Both the position numbers and the translations under genes were made by a program. This document shows, in pieces, positions 58,468 to 64,000 of a stretch of DNA of 64,000 nucleotides; within the stretch, counting starts at the first letter, position 1, and the number at the start of each line of letters is the position of its first letter. The notes beneath the pieces were generated by a model that saw nothing but the letters and a program-made list of their open reading frames with translations, ran no database searches and had not been told where the DNA came from. Source of the DNA: Nitrospiraceae bacterium (GTDB lineage: Bacteria > Nitrospirota > Nitrospiria > Nitrospirales > Nitrospiraceae). The stretch is from NCBI GenBank assembly GCA_050246315.1, contig JBFWWG010000001.1:576001-640000 (forward strand). The letters run 5' to 3'.

Positions 58468-59121
58468 TCAGGAAGAAGGCGCCAGGTATCGTTGAAACCA
58501 GCCAAGCGCGAGTGTGGCCACCTGCTCCAACATTCCCGGTTCTTCGAACAGATGCGAAGCGCCGGGAACAATGACCAATTTCTTCCGGCAGGTGAGTAAC
58601 GCCAGGGCGTCCCGGTTCAGTTCGACGACTGTTTCGTCGTCTCCTCCCACGATGAGCAGGGTCGGCGCCGTCACGCTCGGCAGATAGGTCGCGGCGAGGT
58701 CTGGCCGCCCACCGCGGGAGACCACGGCGTCGACGATCCCGGGTGCCTCGGCCGCAGCCTGTAATGCCGCTCCTGTGCCGGTGCTGGCTCCGAAATAGCC
58801 GATTCGGAGTCGAGCAGTTCTGGATTGTCCGGTCAGCCAGTCGGTTGCCCCGCGCACTCTGCTTGCCAGCAAGGAAGTATCGAAGACATTTCGACGGTCC
58901 TCCGCTTCACTCTCCTCTAGCAGATCAATCAACAAAGTGGCGATCCGCCCTTGCTGTAGGTGCCTGGCAACGAAGCGATTGCGGGGGCTCAAGCGACCGC
59001 TCCCGCTTCCATGCGCGAAGAGCACGATGCCCTTTGGGTCGTCTGGGAGCCCAAGTATGCCCTGAAGTCGATGACGCCCCATTACTAACTCGACGTCCTG
59101 TTCGTGCGGGCCGAGTGCCAT
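58468..59121 (-). CDS. Alpha/beta hydrolase (dienelactone hydrolase-like)
   Basis: FAHGSGSGRLSPRN, GYFGASTG, SRGGRPDLA, GASHLFEEPG. Confidence 0.88.
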   Translation of the reverse strand: MALGPHEQDVELVMGRHRLQGILGLPDDPKGIVLFAHGSGSGRLSPRNRFVARHLQQGRIATLLIDLLEESEAEDRRNVFDTSLLASRVRGATDWLTGQSRTARLRIGYFGASTGTGAALQAAAEAPGIVDAVVSRGGRPDLAATYLPSVTAPTLLIVGGDDETVVELNRDALALLTCRKKLVIVPGASHLFEEPGMLEQVATLALGWFQRYLAPSS

Positions 59122-59295
59122 GGTGATTCTCCTCTTACATTGCATAGCAGGACAGCGGGATCAATGCCAGTCTCCCGCATCAAGTCTGACGCGAAGACAG
59201 AATAACCAGCCATTTTCAGGGCTACGGCCTTATCAAGCGGGCGATCGCTCCGCCGCGTCCATACAAGAAGATCCTCGCTAATGTTGCAAATGGTA

Positions 59296-59325
59296 TTGAA
59301 AATCGAAATCAATTTATCCTAGAAT
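59296..59325 (+). promoter_or_regulatory. Putative sigma70 promoter of the polysaccharide locus
   Basis: TTGAAA-18-TAGAAT in an AT-rich intergenic stretch. Confidence 0.45.
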
Positions 59326-59376
59326 CGAGACCCTCGTGCTGTCTACGAGGTAACTTGTCCAGTGAGGGAAAGCCAA

Positions 59377-61215
59377 GTGACGCAGCGTCCCGTCCTCATC
59401 ATCGGTGCCGGTCCTGCCGGACTGACTACCGCTTACGAACTTTCCAAACAAGGACTGTCGTCGACTGTGCTGGAAAGTGGCGCCCAGGTCGGCGGGATTT
59501 CAAAGACCGTGAACTACGCCGGGTATCGGTTCGATATCGGTGGGCATCGGTTTTTCTCGAAGGTGCCGTTAATCAATGAGTTGTGGCAGGAAATTCTGGG
59601 AGAAGAGTTCCTCCTGCGTCCCCGCAAGTCACGCATCTACTACAACGAACATTTCTTCGACTATCCCCTGAAGCCGATCAACGCCTTGATCGGGTTAGGG
59701 CCGGTCGAGTCCGTTCTAGTAGCCCTCAGCTATCTGAAGGCGAGGTTCGCCCATATTCACGAGGAAAGGACCTTCGAGGATTGGGTGTCGAATCGATTCG
59801 GGTACCGACTATACAGAATTTTCTTCAAGACCTACACGGAGAAGGTGTGGGGGATTCCTTGCACGGAGATCTCGGCGGATTGGGCGGCGCAACGGATCAA
59901 GAATCTGTCCCTCAAGCAGGCTCTCCGCAACGCGCTCTTGGGGGCGTCGCGGGGAGTGGACGGCAAGACGATCACTTCCTTAATCGAGCAGTTTCACTAC
60001 CCGAGGTTCGGACCGGGAATGATGTGGGAACGCTGTGAGATGGTGATCGGCCAACGAGGCACCCGGACGGTTCGCGGCATGCACATCAATCGTATCCGGC
60101 ATGCACGGGGACGGGTCGAATCCGTCTCCGGGACGACGTCGACCGGAGAGCGGACGGAGTTCGAGGGATCCGACTTTGTCTCGACGATGCCGCTTCGGGA
60201 GCTCATGTTTGCCTTGACTCCCATGCCTCCTGCCCAGGTGCTTGATGCCGCAGCTCGGCTTCGCTACCGGGATTATCTGACCGTGGTGCTGGTCGTCAAG
60301 CGCGAGGCCGTCTTCCCGGACAACTGGATCTATATCCATTCTTCGGATGTGAAGGTTGGGAGGATCCAAAATTACAAGAACTGGAGTCCCTACATGGTGC
60401 CCGATCCTGCCACCACGTCGTTGGGTCTGGAATATTTTCTCTGGGACAAGGATGAGGAATGGTCGTGGCCGGACGAGCAACTCATCCAAATGGGCATCCG
60501 CGAATGTCATCAACTGGGGCTGGTCGATCCGAAGGACGTGGTCGATGGAACGGTCGTGCGGATGGAGAAGGCCTATCCCGTATACGATCAGACCTACCAG
60601 GCCAATGTGGCGGTCATTCGAGACTATCTGGCGACACTTCCCAATCTACAGACCATCGGACGGAATGGGCTTCACCGCTACAACAACCAAGACCATTCGA
60701 TGCTGACCGGGATCTATGCGGCTCGGAACATCACGGGCGAGCGGTGGGATGTGTGGTCTGTCAATACCGAAAAGGAATATCACGAGGAGGGACGCGTCGC
60801 CAAACTCAACCCCGGCGATCGGTTGGTGCCGAAACCGATAGCCGTTCCGGTACAGGGCATGCCGACTGGGCTGGATCGGGTGCTCGAGCGCGCCTTCGCG
60901 CAGGTGGATCCTGTTGCCATGGGCGTGGCGACGGCAGTAGTCGGCGGTGTAGGGATCTTCCTTGTCACGGTCATCCTGTTGATCAAGGGCGGCAGGGTGG
61001 TGGGGCCGAATCTGTCGCTCCTCGCACAATTTCTCCCGGGCTTCAGTGTGACGTGGGCCGGCGCGGTGATCGGCCTTGTCGAGATGGGACTCTGGGGATT
61101 TCTAATTGGATACGCCAGCGCCTGGCTGTGCAACCAGGTCGCCGTGCTGTACGTGTCGCAGATTCGGTCCCGTGCGGAGGCGGCGGAACACCGGGATCTG
61201 CTGGATAAGGTATAG
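59377..61215 (+). CDS. FAD-dependent oxidoreductase (HemY/amine-oxidase-like) with C-terminal membrane domain
   Basis: GAGPAG Rossmann motif, DIGGHRFFSK, FPDNWIY, GRNGLHRYNNQDHSM; two C-terminal TM segments. Confidence 0.85.
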   Translation: MTQRPVLIIGAGPAGLTTAYELSKQGLSSTVLESGAQVGGISKTVNYAGYRFDIGGHRFFSKVPLINELWQEILGEEFLLRPRKSRIYYNEHFFDYPLKPINALIGLGPVESVLVALSYLKARFAHIHEERTFEDWVSNRFGYRLYRIFFKTYTEKVWGIPCTEISADWAAQRIKNLSLKQALRNALLGASRGVDGKTITSLIEQFHYPRFGPGMMWERCEMVIGQRGTRTVRGMHINRIRHARGRVESVSGTTSTGERTEFEGSDFVSTMPLRELMFALTPMPPAQVLDAAARLRYRDYLTVVLVVKREAVFPDNWIYIHSSDVKVGRIQNYKNWSPYMVPDPATTSLGLEYFLWDKDEEWSWPDEQLIQMGIRECHQLGLVDPKDVVDGTVVRMEKAYPVYDQTYQANVAVIRDYLATLPNLQTIGRNGLHRYNNQDHSMLTGIYAARNITGERWDVWSVNTEKEYHEEGRVAKLNPGDRLVPKPIAVPVQGMPTGLDRVLERAFAQVDPVAMGVATAVVGGVGIFLVTVILLIKGGRVVGPNLSLLAQFLPGFSVTWAGAVIGLVEMGLWGFLIGYASAWLCNQVAVLYVSQIRSRAEAAEHRDLLDKV

Positions 61216-61490
61216 CGTGGTCAGCCCGGTCGGCGAGGGAGATGGCGGATCGGCGGAGATGATCGCGAAGAGTGGGAGCTGAGGGGGGCGGTGACGAGGA
61301 TTCAGGCCGGACGGCTTGCTCCCGACTTCGGAGTGGGGGCTGGGCCGGGTTCTCTCTCATGACCGTCTGGCTGCTGTTCGAAGGGAGCGAGCATGTCGGC
61401 CTCCATTTTCAGTTGCTGTCCGATTACTTTGTCGGTCACTAAGCCTGCGTGCCCGCGCCAGAGGCGCCGATCTGAAAGGAGATCTACCAG

Positions 61491-62498
61491 GTGAGCGAAA
61501 CAAACAACCCGTTGATGTCGGTCGTGATTGCGACGCCTGACCATTTCGATACCATCCGGATGACGCTCCAACACCTGATGCGCCAGACAGTCCGGAGATC
61601 GCTCGAGCTCATCATCGTGGCGCCGTCACGTGCGCATTTGAACGTCCATGAGGCCGAGCTCTCGGAGTTCGCTGCCGCGTTCGTGCGGATGCAGATCGTG
61701 GAAGTGGGAACGATCCATTCGATCGGGCGAGCCAATGCTGCGGGCATCCGTCGCGCCGCCGCTCCGATCGTCGTGCTGGCGGAGGACCATTGCTTTCCCG
61801 ATCCTCAATGGGCGGAAAGTCTGATTGCCGCGCATCGCGGCCCCTGGGCGGCGGTGGGGCCGGCCGTACGCAATGCGAACCCCGGGACCGCGGTGAGCTG
61901 GGCGGATCTGTTTATCGGCTATGGACCCTGGCTCTGTCCGGCGACCGGCCGGGAGATGGAGTTTCTCCCGGGGCACAATACCAGCTATAAGCGCGACCGT
62001 TTGTTGGATTACGGGCAAGACTTGGAGTCGATGATGGAGGCGGAAACCCTTCTGCATTGGGACATGCGCCGAAAGGGGCATCGCCTCTGGCTCGAACCAA
62101 CGGCCCTCGTCGCCCATACCAACTTCTCTTTGTGGCGTTCATGGGTGCCGGTGCAATACTACAACGGTCGCCTGTTTGCCGGTGCCCGTGCGCGGGGGAT
62201 GGCGGCATGGCGACGTCTGATCTTTGTAGCCGGCTCTCCGCTGATCCCGCCGTTGCGGCTATGGCGAATCTGGAAGGGAATCGAGGCCGGCGAACAGAAG
62301 CGGCGGTTTATGCTCAACCTTCCCGCCCTGGTAATCGGGTTAGTTCTGGATGGGGTCGGCCAATTGGTTGGTTATGCCGCTGGAATCGGTGACGCTGCCG
62401 ATGATGTAGCCCGGTATGAATTTCATCGGTTTCAGCACATTCGGGCCGAGGATCGGCTGGCTCTGGCTCCCGTTTCTGCCAAGGTCCCCATTGCCTAG
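61491..62498 (+). CDS. Glycosyltransferase family 2
   Basis: SVVIAT, ANAAGIRRA.APIVVLAEDH. Confidence 0.8.
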   Translation: MSETNNPLMSVVIATPDHFDTIRMTLQHLMRQTVRRSLELIIVAPSRAHLNVHEAELSEFAAAFVRMQIVEVGTIHSIGRANAAGIRRAAAPIVVLAEDHCFPDPQWAESLIAAHRGPWAAVGPAVRNANPGTAVSWADLFIGYGPWLCPATGREMEFLPGHNTSYKRDRLLDYGQDLESMMEAETLLHWDMRRKGHRLWLEPTALVAHTNFSLWRSWVPVQYYNGRLFAGARARGMAAWRRLIFVAGSPLIPPLRLWRIWKGIEAGEQKRRFMLNLPALVIGLVLDGVGQLVGYAAGIGDAADDVARYEFHRFQHIRAEDRLALAPVSAKVPIA

Positions 62499-62780
62499 CC
62501 CGCATGATTGATGACGGTTCGTCGTGTTCCACCCGTTGCAGTGAAAGCGCAACGGATACCAGGAAGTCGCCAACCGTTGGACCCATTGCCATTGAGAAGA
62601 GCAAGGGGTGTCCCAAGCCCGGCCGCGAGGGACCTTGGCGTACTTGAAACAGTACGCCAAGGGATCAAGCGGCGAGCACGCCAGCCGAAAGGCTTGTCGT
62701 GGCGGCGAATCGGTGCGCCCATTGCTTCTCTGTTGCAATCAGCCAAAGAAGCAGAAGCGTTCATGAATCATGCGGGCGAG
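62495..62780. repeat. Full-length-like copy of repeat family B (286 bp)
   Basis: Inverted ends ctagcccgcatgattgatga ... ttcatgaatcatgcgggcgag. Confidence 0.8.
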
Positions 62781-62897
62781 GAGTGAAACGCGCCATCCTC
62801 CGTCGTTTGGCGCGGCGAATGTCCGCCGTGTCGCCGGTCTCCAGAGAATCGATCCCACGGAAACAGGCGTTGACGGTCGCCTGGACATGAGGCGTAT

Positions 62898-63848
62898 GTG
62901 AACGAGCTCGACGAGAATATCCGTAGTTCGAAGGAAACGCGCACGGAACCGTCCGTTCCCTTCTTCTCGATCATCATTCCCACCTGGAATCGGCCGAAAC
63001 AACTGCGGGCCTGCCTGCTGTCATTGGCGAAGATGGAGTATCCTCCAGACCGTTTCGAAGTGATCGTGGTGGACGACGGAAGCGACCCGCCGATCGGCGC
63101 ACCGGAGGATCGCGAACTGTTGGGCTGCTCCGTGACATGGCTCCGTCAAGTTAATGCAGGACCGGCGGCGGCCCGTAACGCAGGGGCGGCCAAAGCGAAA
63201 GGTCCGTATCTGGCCTTCACCGACGACGATTGTACGCCGGCCCCGGACTGGCTCCGGCGGCTGGCCGGCATATTCGAGGGTTCGCCGCATGCGCTGGTCG
63301 GCGGGCACACGATCAACGCCCTGTCGGACAATCTCTACGCGACCGCCAGCCAGACGATCGTGCAGGCCGCGCACGAATCGTTTCAGGCCGGATATAGCCG
63401 ATTGCAGTTCTTCGCCTCAAACAACATGGCTGTGCGAGCCGATTTCTTCTGGGCCGTCGGGGGGTTTGACCCGGCCTTCAGGACGTCTGAAGATCGGGAC
63501 CTCTGCGATCGGTGGGTGCGTGCCGGCTACCCGCTCATGTATGCTTCCGATGCGGTGATCTATCATCGCCATGAGCTGACCTTGGTCGGATTTTGGCGGC
63601 AACATTTCAACTATGGGCGGGGCGCCTATCGCTTTCATCGAGCACGCGCCAGACGAGGAGCCGGTCCCTTTCGGCCTGAGCTTTCGTTCTACCGACACGT
63701 CTTCCGCTACCCCTTCAGCAGAGGCGGACACGGTCGGCGGTGGTCGCTCGCCATGTTGTTCGTCCTCTGGCAATTCGCGAATGCAGCAGGATTTCTGTGG
63801 GAGAAGTGGTGGTCGGGAGAACGGCAGACCGACGAGAGGGTGCCGTGA
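62898..63848 (+). CDS. Glycosyltransferase family 2
   Basis: SIIIPTWNR, VVDDGS, GPAAARN, FTDDDC, GGFD, EDRDL. Confidence 0.92.
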   Translation: MNELDENIRSSKETRTEPSVPFFSIIIPTWNRPKQLRACLLSLAKMEYPPDRFEVIVVDDGSDPPIGAPEDRELLGCSVTWLRQVNAGPAAARNAGAAKAKGPYLAFTDDDCTPAPDWLRRLAGIFEGSPHALVGGHTINALSDNLYATASQTIVQAAHESFQAGYSRLQFFASNNMAVRADFFWAVGGFDPAFRTSEDRDLCDRWVRAGYPLMYASDAVIYHRHELTLVGFWRQHFNYGRGAYRFHRARARRGAGPFRPELSFYRHVFRYPFSRGGHGRRWSLAMLFVLWQFANAAGFLWEKWWSGERQTDERVP

Positions 63849-64000
63849 GTGATGCTTCGTCACGACCGGGACGTCACTTGCTGGATGGAACCGTCTGGGT
63901 GTTGCTCGCGGAGGCGCTGTTCCCTCTCACCGCTCTGGTCACCTCCGCGTTTCTCACGAGGCGGTTGGGTCTCGACGGATACGGTCACTGGGTCCTGGCC
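63845..64000 (+). CDS. Oligosaccharide flippase (Wzx-like), 5' part only
   Basis: My translation MSDASSRPGRHLLDGTVWVLLAEALFPLTALVTSAFLTRRLGLDGYG matches the RxLGxxxYG flippase N-terminus; runs off the window. Confidence 0.65.
   Translation, partial: MSDASSRPGRHLLDGTVWVLLAEALFPLTALVTSAFLTRRLGLDGYGHWVLA

Overview
High-GC bacterial chromosome segment. Gene order (leuS-lptE-holA / rpsT / pyrF-tRNA-His), protein styles and interspersed repeats suggest a Nitrospira-like organism (inference). Left: an ECF sigma/anti-sigma, cupredoxin, PH-domain and cytochrome c cluster, then housekeeping genes (der, HAD hydrolase, methyltransferase, leuS, lptE, holA, rpsT, pyrF, tRNA-His). About 13.7-35.3 kb is an accessory region with no integrase: a MITE-flanked CPA2 antiporter, DUF3141-pta-ackA, a type I R-M operon with an embedded DUF1016 nuclease and a nonsense-split Schlafen/AlbA_2 gene, Fic, and two PIN-type TA pairs. 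About 35.3-51.4 kb is a corrinoid uptake/salvage cluster (btuFCD, two btuB, cbiA/cobB, cobO, cobU, cobT, cobS, cbiB, cobD, cbiZ) with three cobalamin riboswitches. Right: a GH140-like protein, an OM beta-barrel, PRTase, USP, two tandem TraT-like lipoproteins, an alpha/beta hydrolase and the start of a polysaccharide locus. The most notable signals are non-coding. (1) A decayed copy of the btu promoter and riboswitch 5' half brackets the TA pairs and carries a MITE inserted at CTAG. (2) Two almost identical riboswitches carry a heptamer-repeat hairpin insertion. (3) A 195-nt rod-like hairpin sits inside the cob operon. (4) Several small repeat families supply stop codons or N-terminal peptides to host genes. 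All alignments and mismatch counts were done by eye.
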